A DNA stretch of 64,000 nucleotides, taken from the NCBI GenBank assembly GCA_973895155.1, contig OZ316891.1, forward strand, positions 8,991,875-9,055,874, read 5' to 3'. Positions 1 to 13,828 of this stretch are shown one piece after another (within the stretch, counting starts at the first letter, position 1; each line of letters begins with the position of its first letter). Source of the stretch: Marsupella aquatica (Eukaryota > Plantae > Marchantiophyta). The notes below the pieces were generated by a model. That model ran no database searches, was not told the DNA's origin, and saw only the letters and a list, made by a program, of their open reading frames with translations. Made by a program: the position numbers and the translations under genes.

Positions 1-840
1 TTGTGGTGTAAAAACCTCCTTGGCCAATCAATTGTGGCATGGTGACATTGTCTCTACTAAGGTATGAGATGGGTCTAAATGTGTCATTGTGCACATTTCC
101 CTGCCTGCCCAACAATATCACTCTCCCCATAGCTCACACACCAAGTTGCACACTCTTTGAAATCCAGTTGCTAAGCTGATGTGTTGACTCCTCGCAATAT
201 CTGATTGACTGGCCAACTCAATTGTGCTTGACAACACTTTTGCAAAGTTAGCACTCATGCTCAACAACACTTTTGGAAAACTAACTGCACTTACTACCCA
301 CAATATATATTTTGGAAGGTTGACGTCAATTACCAAGTAGATTCAAGTTATCCGCAATGTATAAGATTAAGGGCTACTATCTCATTTACGAGTTATAGGG
401 CAACCGTATGTCAACCTGTGTATGTGGGGAGAAATATGGAAGACCATATACTTGTAAAGGAAACCATACAAACATAATTGTACTTTCAGGTTCTGTTTTT
501 AGTTAAGATTGGTCCACATTGACCCTATGAGGATTTTTGTACCTTCTCCAAAGCACAGCTTTGCAGAGAGATAGTAGAGCTTGTAATGAGACATTAAAAG
601 ATATATGTGGAGAGGAATCAATAGGCAAGGACTGTAACAACTCAACACATGACCTAGTAGTGAGTGATAAGGGCAAGTGTTTGGGGGGACAGATTGAGAA
701 TAATGATCAGTTTGGGGGACAAGGTAGTAAAAAACTCCCGAAAAAACTGTAACTTTAATAGGAGGTCTGAAAATTAGATGGACCTTCCTTCCCTAGTTAA
801 GGTTTATAGACTCACAAAGTTACCCACAATGAAATTAGTA

Positions 841-951
841 CTTCATAACTTTTTGCCATAAGGATTGATCTTATGCCACTACCATCTCTATAAATTCTTC
901 CTTCATAACTTTTTGCCATAGGGCTTGGTCTTATGCCATTACCATCTCTAT
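841..951. repeat. 60-bp-period tandem duplication (2 copies)
   Basis: cttcataactttttgccata(a/g)gg...cttatgcca(c/t)taccatctctat begins at both 841 and 901. Confidence 0.85.
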
Positions 952-1527
952 TAGAGGCACAAGAAAACCAAAAAAACCTTTTACAAAAGTTAGTACCATT
1001 CCTTTATGGTCAAATGCCATTAATTTCGAAGCTTTGATTACCCACAAGTTAAGCTTGCAACTTTAACAACACTATCAAGAATTATAATACAAGGTTGCGC
1101 CTTTTTTATGCAGTGGTCGTCATTCAAAAATACAGTGCCTAGAAAAGAAGTAATCAATACAGAGAAGGATAAAACCAAAATGAAATTAAATATAGAGTGA
1201 ACCAAAAAGTACAAGAAATATTTTCACACAAAAAGTAATCAATTGGTGGACACATAAAACAAAAAACGTAACTAACCCTGTTGCATGCACTTTTCACACA
1301 AAAAAGAATCTAATGGTGGAAACAAAAGACAAAAAAGGTACCTACCCGTGTTGTATTCAAGAGTATCATAAGTCACTATATACCATATCCTAAAAAAATG
1401 GATATGGTATTAAGTATAAAATCAAGAAAAATGGATATGATATTATTTATAAAATCAAGAAAAAATGGGAACAATCTTAAGTCTTAAGTAAAAATTTGTT
1501 TTTCTACAACTATAGGAATCATCCATA

Positions 1528-2971
1528 TCTCTATTAATCTCAATTATCTCTGCCCAAGCTACCCATAGCCTACCCAAACCCAACCAAGATAAAATTAATT
1601 AATTGAAAATTGATCAAAAACTAATTATTAAAATTGAGACTTATTAAAAACTAATTATTATAATTGAGACTTATTTAATAACTTTAAAGTTTTGAAAAAA
1701 CTTGAGTAAAAATAATATATATGTATGATATTAATTTCTCTAAAAATTTAGAATAAAAAACATTTTTTTTGGTCACTTGGTTGTGCTTGGACTCTATGTT
1801 GCGGTGACTATTATCTCAGTCAGTCTCCAATTTCTATGTGCAGCGCACGAGTTGTTGCACACCACCGCAACAACTCTACCTTGCCTTGACATATTTTTCT
1901 CATCTCGCCATTTTTTCTCACATTGACATCTTTATCTCACGACATTTGTTTTCACCCTCAACATTGTTTAGGTCCTTGATTTTTGTTTCTCTCCTCGATA
2001 TATTTTCTCACCTGACTCCACATCTTTTCTCACCTTGACATGTTTCTCACCACAACATCTTTCCCTCACCCTCGACATATTTTCTCTCCTAAATGTCTTT
2101 TTCTCACCTCGCCATGTTTTTTCTCTCCTCGACATCTTTTCTTCACCTTGACTTCTTTGTCTCACCTCAACGTCTCTTTTTCTCATTGACATTTGTTTTC
2201 ACCTCGACATGCATGTGACCTGTTTCTCACCTTCACATTTTTATCTCACCACAACATCTTTCCCTCACCCTCAACATCTTTTCCTCATCGTCATCTTTTC
2301 TCTCCTTGACATAGTTTTTGCTCTACTTCTTTTTCTTAGCTCAACATCTCTTTTTCTCATTAACATCAGTCTTTGTTCACCTCAACATTTTTCTCACCTC
2401 AACATTTCTCTCCTTTACATCTTTTTCTCACCTCAACATCTTTTTCTCACCACACCATCTTTTATGCAACTTTTGTCTTAACAATGTCTTTTTTACTTAA
2501 CGACAACTTTTCTCTTAACCACATCTTGGGCAATGTGGCATTTCTTTTGTTAAGGACATATTGGGTACCACAACAACTTTTTTCTTAACAATATCTTTTG
2601 TCTTAAGGACATCTTGGGTGACACAATATCATTTTTCTTAATTACATCTTGGGTGTCACAACATCTTTTTTCTTAACAACATCTTGGGTGACACGATATA
2701 TTTTTTCTTTATTAATGACACATTGGGCGACATAACATTTTTTTCTTCATGTTTGACATCTTCAGTTGGGCAACACAACATTTTCTTTCTTAACTACATC
2801 TTGGGCGACACCACATGTTTTTTACTTAACGGCATCTTGGGCGAAACAACATATTTTTTCTTAACGACATCTTGGGCGACACATTATCTTTTTGTCTTCA
2901 TGACATCTTTTCTCTTAACGATATCTTAGGCAACACGACATCTTTTGTGCAACGCACGGGTATTGAGCTAG
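1528..2971 (+). mobile_element. Non-autonomous Helitron with degenerate minisatellite interior
   Basis: The 3' end is tgtgcaacgcacgggtattgagCTAG|T (hairpin GTGC-aac-GCAC, CTAG at 2968-2971), typical of plant Helitron termini. The interior consists of degenerate ctcacctcaacatctttt and tcttaacgacatcttgggcgaca units. The 5' A|TC at 1528 is tentative. Confidence 0.7.
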
Positions 2972-3246
2972 TAGACAATATCCACGAGCTAAAGGGAGTC
3001 GCCATCGCCAATACCCACAGTAACTTGTGACTTGAAAGAGTGTCACATTCTGTGCAAAGCTCCTTGGATTTCCCCAATGTCCGGGCCTTCTTCGAATTGA
3101 GGCTCAAGCTTTCGTCCACACAGTAATACGTGCGAAGAACAAACGGAACACATGGCTTGGCCTACAGGAGGGTTTATGAAGGGTTTAGAGTAACACAGGG
3201 CACATTGCACATTTCGGTTTGGCAACAAGCTGCTCATGCTGTCACG

Positions 3247-6200
3247 ATGTTTCGCTCTGCCGTTTCCAATTCAATCTCTCGCATGTCCGGGTCGCCAGTG
3301 ATTCTGCTCCGGTCGGCAATTTGCAGAAAGACCTTTTTGTGCCACCTGAGACGCAGCTGCAGTGCCTCTCTAGTTGGTGGTGGTTGTTCAAGGTCTGCTC
3401 TGAGGCATAGCCGGAGTTTGGGGACGCTTTCCAGCCGGGGAAGGGAGGTTTCGGTGAATTCTGAGGGGACGTTTGAAGATCCGTCATCACCCACCTCTCC
3501 GTTCTACCACCGTGAAACAATCAGCCGTCAGAATGACACCTTCCTATCAGATAAGAGCGTCAGTTGGAGCTCGTTGGGGCTCTCAGCTGAGATTTCTGCT
3601 GCCTTTCTGAGGGCGAATCTCTTGCAGCCATCCCTGGTCCAGGTACCTTTCCGTGCCTACTTGAAGGACTCATGGAATTTGGAATTTTCGTTGTGTGGAT
3701 TATCTGGGAGGAAATGAGATCGGTCCCTGAGGTTTCTAATGCCTTCCTATGCGCTTATCTTTTGCAGCTCTCCCTAGTCCGGATATTTTGCCGTGAGTTG
3801 ACAGGAATTCTGGCTATGTCATTTTCTGTTGTGGAGATTTCAATTAGAAAAACAGTACATTCCAATTTTAATAAATGTGTGTGATATCCTCCAGGCTGCC
3901 GGTATTCCAGTGATTTTGAGTGGGGATGACGTTATTGTCGCAGCTGAGACTGGGAGTGGTAAAACTCATGCATATTTGGCACCTATCTTTGAAATAACAT
4001 TGAGGAAGCGGAGGGAGGCTGAGAATCTGGAGAAACAGATGGCAGATCCGCCCACTCGTGTTCTTCAAAGTTTTTCGCTGGTTTTGTGTCCGAATGCAAC
4101 CTTGTGCCAGCAAGTTGTAGACATGGCCAGCATGTTGCAAAGTGATCAAGGAGAAACGTTGCTGGATGTAACTGCTATCTGTGGGGGCCAGGTCAGAGGT
4201 CTTCCTAACTCTTCAATTTAAATTGGAAGGTGATGTAGATGTGTTTACTTCACGAAACGATAGCTAGATTGGTGTCCAGTTTGAAGTTTTTCATTTTGAT
4301 TTTTCGTGGCTCGCCACCGTGACTCTCTAATCAGAGCAGTCTTCACTCAATTCCTGGTTTCTTGTTTCCATTGCAGGGTTGGCCTCTCAAGCCCCCAGAT
4401 GTGGTAGTTGCCACACCTGCTGCTCTAATAAATCATCTCTTTGCTTTTGATCCGAAGCGCCGCCGGCGACAAGCTTTCATTCGTGATGCATCATGTGTGG
4501 TAAGCCACATGGATTTTTTCGGAATTAAGATGCAGCAGAGGACGATTAGATATTATGTAGGTTGAGGGCTTCTAACGGCAGCAGATATATGTTATGTTGC
4601 CATTCTAGTAGCGCTTAGTGTTGTACATGTAGCCCCTCTGGAAATTGGTGTATGCGAGAAGTTGCCAAGTCTTGGGATGCTCGGGAATCCATCTTCTTTT
4701 GCAACCTTTTCTGTCTGCATAATCACTAAGAGGAGGGGCAGGTTTTCGATGAGGCAGATATGCTCTTGGGAGGAGGCTTTGCACGGGAAGTGGATCGGTT
4801 GATCAATATGTTCCGGCTAGACGAAAAACAACTGGCGAAATCCTCTTCATCAGGGTCGACCAAACAAATACAGGAAGATATTCAACCCTGGACAGAGTTC
4901 AAGGTGGAAGACGACGACGATGGCAACTTAGATGCTGCTGACGATGAAGTAGACCTAGATGAGAATGAAGATGAAGATGAAGGCTTGCTGGCCGAAGAGC
5001 AGGATGTGGTTTTGGAGGTACCCAAAAGACGTGGTGGTGTAAATGAGAACCGCAAGAATTATTGGCTTATTAGAAAACAATATCAGAGAAGCAAGCAGTA
5101 TATTTTCGTTGCAGCCACGTTGCCTAACAGTGGCAAAAAGTCCCCAGGCGCACTTTTGAAGAGGCTATTCCCAGATGCCAAGACCGTGAGCGGACATCTG
5201 CTACATTTCCACAATCCAAGGTTTATGCTGTCCCCTTGTAACAGATTCTAATTTGTGTTATTAAATTAATTTGGACTCACTGAAGAAAATTGAACATCAT
5301 ACCCTATCTATGTCATTTCACGGACCCGGTAGGTGAATACTTTCGTCCGAGGAGCTTCATAATGATCTTTAGGCAGAGTAGTGACCATGACCATTGTATT
5401 GTCAAGACCTGATTGTTCTTTCTTGTTGTGGGTCCCAGGATAAAGCATAAGTGGGTGGAAGCCTCTCAGGATACGATGATTCAGCTTCTTCTAGAGGCTA
5501 TTTCAGAAGGTCATGACGATGCAGATGATCACGGAGGTGTCACCACTCGAACAATGGTTTTTGCCAACAGTGTAGATGCTGTGGACGCGATTTCCCGGGT
5601 TCTCAGGAAAGCCGGAATAGATTCTTTATCTTATCATAGAGAGATATCTGTAGAAGAGCGAGGAGAGATACTTCGAACTTTCCAGCATGATGGTGGAGTG
5701 CTGCTTTGCACTGATGCCGCAGCACGTGGTATTGACATCCCCAACATCGGCCACATTATCCAGGTGAACCCACTGATGCGGCTTCCTGAGCCAACTTATA
5801 TACTAGGAAAGACTTTGTTAGTTTTTGCCGAATGTATGTTGTTTTTGTCTTCTACATATTTCTGCCTGTCTCCTGATTCTTTCCCCCCTCTAATGTTGTT
5901 CTTTCTGGCACCAGGCTGAGTTTTCAACTTCGGCTGTGGATTTTCTTCATAGAGTTGGGCGCACAGGAAGGGCAGGTCAATCTGGGCTGGTTACGAATCT
6001 CTTCATGGAGTTGAACAGGCCACTTGTAGAAGCTGTGCAAAAGGCACTCGTGGAAGGGAAGCCTGTGGTAAGATGATTGAACTGACCGATTGTAGTGCTT
6101 TTCGGTCTGGGCGCTCATTGCATTCTAATAACTTCTGTTCATTGTAGCGCGCCAGAAATCCGAAACTGAGTTGACTGCTCGCAATTCCAGGAAGGTGCTT

Positions 6201-6427
6201 TTAGCCGGAAGCGTAGTTTTCGCAACAAGTTGAAGAAGTACGGCAGCCATGTTCCAACTAGTAAGTCATATAGTTCTTTTTGTTTTCAAAGTGAGTCATG
6301 TTTAGATTCTTTTTGCAGATATTTGAAAAGCATGTTTCAGATTGTATCGCTGGATAGATTGGCAGATACTCATGTGATATGATGTGGTCCAGGCGGTGTT
6401 AGGAACTGGCGCAGTAATTCATTTTGA
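3247..6427 (+). CDS. RH22: DEAD-box ATP-dependent RNA helicase 22-like, with a probable organellar transit peptide; 8 exons
   Basis: Exons approx. 3247-3642, 3895-4191, 4377-4499, 4742-5220, 5439-5763, 5915-6067, 6191-6260, 6393-6427 with GT-AG junctions in consistent phase. Motifs: AAETGSGKT, VVATP, FDEAD followed by an acidic insert, VAAT, CTDAAARGIDIP, HRVGRTGRAG and C-terminal AFSRKRSFRNKLKK. The last exon is tentative. Confidence 0.9.
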
Positions 6428-8341
6428 GAATTGTGAACGTTGTCATGTTGCCGTCGAATGAGTATGTGAACCGTCAGTAAACCTTCATGAAGTCTTCTGT
6501 TTTCCCCTTCCAAAAAATGCGATCATTCTTGGTCTAATCCCGAAGTCTCGTTACAAATAATGAACTTCTTTCCTGTGTTGAATTTTTTGGGACAGGGAAG
6601 GTGGTTGATGCTCGAACAGATTGACGATGGTCACATGGCTTTGTCGGTCAGCATTCCTCGGTCTCCACTTTCCTGGGCAGCCCTCTTTATTACTCGTCGT
6701 TCGGAAGCATGATTGGATGTATTTGCTCCTCTTTCTTACTGTTAACCATCTCAAGCCACTGCGGCTAGTTCTGTGAGCCTTGTGTGCCCAGGTTTCGGTT
6801 TTCCAGGAAACAAATGCATTGGATAAAGTAATGCTGGGTTTTTCTGTTAGGGGTGCAAGGGCTTCTTGGAGGTTTGGTCCTCCAAGGCTTATGGCAGAAA
6901 AAGTTTTTCTTATGCCATGATCCTGTACACAAAGCCACGAAAATTTCCCGCGTGTGAAAGATCTTGGGGACTGCTACAATTATAAATGCTACCATCTGAA
7001 GTGCACGTTGATGTCAACTTCGGACGAGGTGGTATTGTCTCGCCATTGTCGTATGTGCAGTTAACTCCTGAACTATTGCTACGGCATAAATGCAGTACGT
7101 CAAGTCGTCTGTCTGTGTGGGAGGCTAGCAACTGAAATGGGCACGTTGGTGTGATAATACTACAGCAGTCAAGCCAGGACCGTAATTCAGCGCAGATTAG
7201 ACTGGAGGATAAATCAACCGTCTAGACAGATAAGTCATCACCCGGCGTGCCCGTGTCGCAGGATAATATAATTATGTAAGTGGGGCAGCGTTTTATCTTG
7301 TGAACAGAGTACGCATTTTATGAGCTTCGCCACTTACTGTCTCTATGGCACGGGCCTGAGGAAGAACCACCAAGAGAAAGCTAGTGCACTTTCCCTGGGC
7401 TTCACGCATTGAGGTCCCCAGATCAAGGCTCAAAAGAAATGCAAATATTTTTTATGTGTCCTTTTTGTAGGTAATTCCACGCACTTCCTTGGCCGAGCCG
7501 CGTTGTATTTTCTGGACCTCGACCCATGCATACCCAGCTATGGGACTGGACCAAGAAGTCATGTCAAATAAGCCTTGGCGAAAAACCTGTGGAATCACAA
7601 TTTATGAAATGAAATTCTTCTGATTTAAGTGAATTCCAGGGCTTTAATGATTCGTGAAAGGGCTTTGGCAGAATCTTGCAATGAGTATTTTGTACTTTAT
7701 TGTACGCGGAACTCATGGACCTCGTGTTGCCAAGGTTGCCAGTCCAGTAATCTACTTCAAATCACTCAAAATTTTAACTACGTCATCTACATCGACATGG
7801 TGTAAAGTACTTCGTGACTTAGCATGTTCCGGGTAACAAATCGTGCGAGCCAATAATGATACAGCACTTAAGAGGAATAATGTGCTGCGTTGCCTTGGAC
7901 AAGAAAAGAAAGCCAAACAGACACGCGATGTCATACTCAAGTTCCTTGCTTCAATGTCTCGGTTCTCCCATGACTGGGTCAAGCTTTAGTTTATGGTAGT
8001 CGTACCAATGAAGATTGTATACGCAATGACGAAGAATGACCTCCTTCGTCGACAGTGCACCATTGTTTGTTTGCTAGTTAGACGTCAATCCTTTTTGTCC
8101 CCTCTCCAATCATGCAATTGTAAAAGGCAGATGAATCACAAATGGAATCCCCACGTTTTGCACATTCACCAAGAGGTCGCAAGACTCACAGGGTAGGCGA
8201 GATCCACTACTCGAGCAGAAGCGGACTGGAGGAATTGGCAATTTACCATATTATTCAGAGCTCTCTAGTTCAAATGAGAACGACCAAAAATGATCTTTTC
8301 AAAAATCTGTACAAGTAGCAGGTGGAAGGACCTCCCAGACT

Positions 8342-11300
8342 CTACATTTCTTCTGCTTCATCGCTGAGTTCATTCTCGTCATCCCAATTGAGAGAAAGGT
8401 TTTCAGTTTCAGCCATCAATTCCGTGAGCCCTGTGAGATCCTCCAAATAATTTGGCCGATTCAACACATGTAGAACGAACTCCATTCCATTCTCTTGGAA
8501 CTCGTGAACTACCTGCAAGACCAAACCCACAGTCTCATACGTATCATAAACGAGGAACGACCAGCATCTGTGGTGCTTGCAACCTCTAATTCAAAGTAGA
8601 CGAACAGTCTATGAGTGAATAAAGAGACTTACAGTAGATGAGCATGCAGTACACTTGTCAAAAGCAGACCCCACAACCACCAGTTGTGAGAAATGTGCCA
8701 CATAGCCTCTAACTTGATGTGGCAATATACCCAGAGGCTCAACCGTCCTATCCGTCAACGACATAGCATGATCTGCCGGAGCATTTATCCTGTTCAAACA
8801 GATCCACATTCTCAGATCCAGTCGATTTTCCAGTCATTAGTTCTTAAACTTACGTCTGCATGACTTGCAAGGATAATTTCTAATCCTTTTAAACTGTTTC
8901 ATCAAAATCTGGATTCTGAGGCCGGAGGGATAACGATGTCGTACCCAAGTGGGTGATGCAAAAGGCTCACGGCTAGCTCTACTGCCAAAGCAGCAGCAAT
9001 TGGGGCAAGACCAGGACGTGTGACTGTGCACTGCTGGTCCAAAGTTCGATTAGCTGTTGACTGTATTACAAACAGATGAACATTAGCTCTAGTGGAATTT
9101 TGTACCCGGATGATTGTTCCCGTACAATGCAAAGCGCTTTCGTAACAGCCCAGATTAAGTGTCAAACAGATAAAGGTAGTTTCCCTGTCAGCAGCGTGGA
9201 ATCACCAGGTCCCCAGGTCTCATGACTCACATCTAATGGGGCTACAACATCGTTGCAGAAGTAGCAGCCCAGGCGACCCTTATCTGTCACAGAACTTTCA
9301 CCTGTGCTTGAAGATGGACCAGCTCCATGCCGCATTACAAGGAACGTGTCAAATCCTAGGGCAGCATTGATTGCCACCTGTATCCATGTTCACAACACCA
9401 GTACTGGATTAGGAGTACTAACAAGATATGGAATCTGCCTGAAGCTCAACCAAAATCCAATGCACCACAAATGAGGCATGCTCGAAAGGTGAAAGAGCTT
9501 CTGACGATTTAACAACGGCGAACATACTGGATGATACCTTATTCGCTGCTGCACATAGAAGAGTGGGTAACCAACGACTCTCACGAGTATCAGTGAGCAA
9601 AAATACAATGTCATGTTCATCAACTAATTCTTTCAGATGCTTCAAGTCTTCCATGACACTTGTTTCCTCTGATGATGTCACACTGTGACCAGGCATTGGG
9701 ATAGACATGCGCACTCCCTTCGCTTCCTGATTTGGACCAAACCGAAACCACACGGCTGTAAGTATTGTCGACCGGCCAGGACAAAGAATCAAGAGCTTCC
9801 ACTTCCATTTTAGCAAATAGGAAAGATGCCCGTAGTCTCCTTCCACAATTTCAACATTCTCAGAAATCGTAGGTTAAACGGAGTGATAAGAGGTTCTCAC
9901 ACACAGTGACCATTCATCAAGAACAGCTTGCAGTCACTTGTCACATATCTGAAAGAGGTAATAAATCCAAGAAGTATGATGCAGGAGATGAGATGGAAAA
10001 TACCATTCCTGGGAAGATATGCTTGAGATTGTCAACAGCTGCATCCACTTTGAGTTTTCCACCATTAAGAGAGTCGTCTAAGTTGTAGAGAGACTGACGA
10101 ACAGGATTCGACATGGCTACCTTACCAGAATCAACAAAGGTGATATTTCTTACACCCCATGCCTGCCATTCATGAAAGTGAAGCGAATTCATTTCCACAA
10201 TCCATACTGCTTATTCAAGGCTAGCCAGGACAAACCTATGACACACGCTTCAAATGAAACTATTCCAACTGGCTACGTTCCAATATTGTATACAATGTCA
10301 CAAGAACACCATATTGAGCTTCAGGTCTACAGGAGAGGAGAAATCACCATAAGACCCCGGGCAACCTGGCAACCCAGGGTACCAGCTCCTAGGAGGAGGC
10401 ATTTTGTGGAAGACAAGAGAGGCACATCCAGAGATGGCAAAAGGCGCCATCTCATCAACTTCAGATTTAGGTCTGCGGCTGACATTGCCAACCTGGCCAA
10501 ACCAAAACAGAGTTAAAGGAGTTGGTCCTCGTCTGAGGCGTCGGTGGCATCCATAACTTCAGGTCATAAGTCAAGGACAGATAACCTTCTACAAACAAGC
10601 AAACATACGAAATCGAGAGCAAAAAATTGTATCCTTGGCATCATCTGAACAGTCAACTTGAATAGCAGCAATTTGAGTGTAGTTATTCACCTCAGCTCCA
10701 CATTTCAATTAGGTGAACTCAGACAACATCTACTAGCCTAGAAAGCTACAACGGGACTGTCAGATTGATTTTTGTATGGATCTACATGAATGATCATAGA
10801 TAAAAAGGACCAATCAAAATTAATAAGAGTTATTAGTTTGACAGATACAAGTTCTTCTACTAGTGGCAAAACAAAGGTAATAGAAGTACCTCAGCGGATC
10901 CATTGTGGAAGCCAAATGAACACTGCGTGGGCCTAATCGCCCACGAAGGTTGCGCTCCCAACCAACAGCTGGCGGGATAACATCCCGGCTTCTCCAGTCT
11001 GAAAAGTGAAAGTAGTGCATAGTTATACAGACGGCTTCCAAAATGGATCTTCACTCTCACTAGCCAGATACGATTGAGAACCATTAGACTATTTTCGAAT
11101 GCCTAGGTGCTTTCAGTCCTCGACATTTATGAAAATGCTCTTAAAAGAAGTGAATAATATTCTAACCTGAAAGGTTGGGAAGCTCAACATCAATCACTAA
11201 GGACAGCTGAAGATCAATTTGGCCCCGTTTCTCCCGATAAGCCAAAACTTGAAGTTCAGTAACCCCCCACCGCACCACTGCTAGAGCCAGCAAATTACGA

Positions 11301-13828
11301 AGAGGCCATCCTGGATTGTTACGAAGGTTGCATGGGTCATAGAACGCAGCTACAACCTGAAAAAGTTTTAGATGAGGCACTGAGAGGTTGTCGGTTAAAG
11401 TTCAAGCTGAAGAAGTTGACTGATGCGGAGTCCAAATATAACTCCACGTTGCCAAATAAACGCACAATCCCCGTGTGAGCTACGCAGCAAAATAACACAT
11501 GGGAAAGTAGAACAAACCTTGCCACCTTCTAATTCAGCACTTCTCCAGTCCTTAATCGGCCTGGATTTTACGTTTCCATCAAGCATCACGTGCAACAGAA
11601 AGAAAGGAGAGCCTGTTGCAGACAATCCCACAGTGACGAAGGTATTTCGATGGGCTAAAACTTTCATCTCAAAGGTCAGCTGAGGCGTTAGCCTTACGTT
11701 TATTAATCGCGGCATATAGCTACGAAAGTTAAACGACCAGTACCTCTATCCAATGTAAATAGAGTTATGCACTTCAAATTTTGTTCACACGCTACATTGG
11801 AAAAATATATTTTTGTGTCATAACATGTCTATCTTTGTCTTTTGGGAAAGTATTGGAGATTTAGGTGCACTGGAAAAACATATAACTAAGTAGGGCCGCT
11901 AACGACAACATATTAATCCTCTTGATGGCTCCAGAAGCTGGATGCTGTACAATAACAGCATATTTTTAGCATGGATTTGCCATGTGATGTTATAACATAA
12001 TAACCAATAGCAATGTCGAGGTTGCCACTCACTTGCACTAGAAGCCGAGCTCCGCCATTCTGAGCAAGCTGCCTGAATACCTGAAGACTGACAGAAGTAC
12101 GTAGAATTTCTCTCAATGCAGGTTTTGGATTGCAAATCTCAAGACTGCCTCATGGACCATAGTGATACATTAGAAGCTTTAGTGTCCTCTACTGCACTGA
12201 AAATTACCCTTTAGACCAGACACAACTCTACTGGACTGTCCGTCCTAAAAGTCCTGAAATTCGCTGCAAGAAAGGAAACGGGCCAACAAAGAACCTAAGC
12301 TTCTAGTTTTAACTTGTGTAGTACTTTGCCTCGATGAAAAAGGATTACAGATAGGATTGGTGACCTCAAGCCATTTGCCGGGACAAATTCTCACCTCTCC
12401 TGCAGTAAATGCTTCCGACGCTGGTCTTGTAAGAGAAGCTGTGACAGGAGGAGTGATGACAATCGCAGGGAAAGCAAACCAGTGATAGAAACTCCACTTT
12501 TTCAAGTCTGCAAATGATATCATCAAAAAGCGACTCAGCAAAGTGCTGTCCTCTTCCGCTTTTCCCGAGTGAATATCTTCCCAAATCTGCTCAGAATCCA
12601 ATAAGAGGTTTTCAAAACACTAGTTTATCGACGACTAGGATAACTTCGATGCATGGGAGTCCACATTTCCGCCACTCTGAAAGGTCATTGGACGCGCTTA
12701 CAAACCCTCACTCTTTCGACTCACTTTAAACCTTGCATTCTGTTGTAAATAAAAGTGACACTACTCATGGAAAATAAGTGAATCTACTGAAGACAGACGA
12801 AGGTACGCAAAGACAATCACCTGTTGGGCGGCCTTCTTCAGCAATGCTTGTTTATCAAGCCCATTGAATTTTTCCAGAGTGTTGGTATTGTACAGAGTCC
12901 CTGGAACAGGACACTTGTTTCTATTTCCCAAAGGAGCGGAAGGGATGTTACTTGAACCACCAGGGTCAGGTGGTAAAGACTCCCCAAGGAGCTGAATATG
13001 AGCAGGAATTTGCGGATGACTGCACGGTGCAAAGAAACCTGTCCTTCCCACAAAGTCGTTGGCGTGTAAGAACAGAAAACCCACTCCCACGACCAACTAG
13101 GCAAGATCTAAATCACCGAGAAGACAGGTTACGAGAAAGTTTTCAAACGAAATTATGAACATTAAGGACTGTAAGCCGAGCTCGCTTCATTGTTATTTCT
13201 ATGAAACAGGATTCTAGTATGATGGCGATCTGGAGCATGTTAAATAACGTTCACATTATCCAGATAGTCTTACATAACACAGTATTACATTACTGTTCAG
13301 TATTGTCCAGTACGAATCGAACCATTATGGCGAAATTCGGCAACTAATTACAACATTGACTCAGAATTCTATTCCATTCTCAATCACTCAGACCCTGGGA
13401 TTTAAAACTCAAATCGTTCCTTCAATGGTTGACACTTGTGTTTCTGGAACTAGTCTAACAAATGCGCATCGAAACAATTCGCTTCCTCAATCGGAGGAAT
13501 TATGACGAAAACAAACAAGTCCGAACCGCAAATTCACGAAAGAACAGGAAAGCGAGATACCGGAAACAGAAATCGGATGCTCCTCCAAGCGCTGCGTCTC
13601 AAGCTTGTAGGACGCCATCCGGTGCCAAAAACCCTCATCCACTGCACTCTGCGATGGAGCGAATTTCAAAATGTTCTCACCACTTCCCGTCTCCGCTCCT
13701 CCTCCTCCTCCTCCTCCTCCTTCTGCTGCTGCTAGTGCTGCTGCAGCTGTTGCCCCTCCTCCATCCACCTCCGATTCATGCCCGGAATCCATCGACCCCG
13801 ACTCGGCTGATGGCCCTGTCACTCCCAT
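8342..13828 (-). CDS. ATG7: Autophagy E1-like activating enzyme ATG7 (multi-exon)
   Basis: Exon-encoded motifs in the expected order: [118 protein letters not shown], catalytic [20 protein letters not shown]. Stop TAG at 8342-8344; start inferred at MGVTGP (13828). Confidence 0.95.
13697..13722. repeat. (CCT)n microsatellite encoding poly-Gly in the ATG7 N-terminus
   Basis: ctcctcctcctc run; the minus strand reads [11 protein letters not shown]. Confidence 0.85.

Noticed and set aside
1838-2929. Several 60-90-aa ORFs
   Set aside because: Low-complexity translations of the Helitron minisatellite.
6551-7131. Coding-like sequence between RH22 and ATG7
   Set aside because: Frames are broken by stops and I recognise no family.
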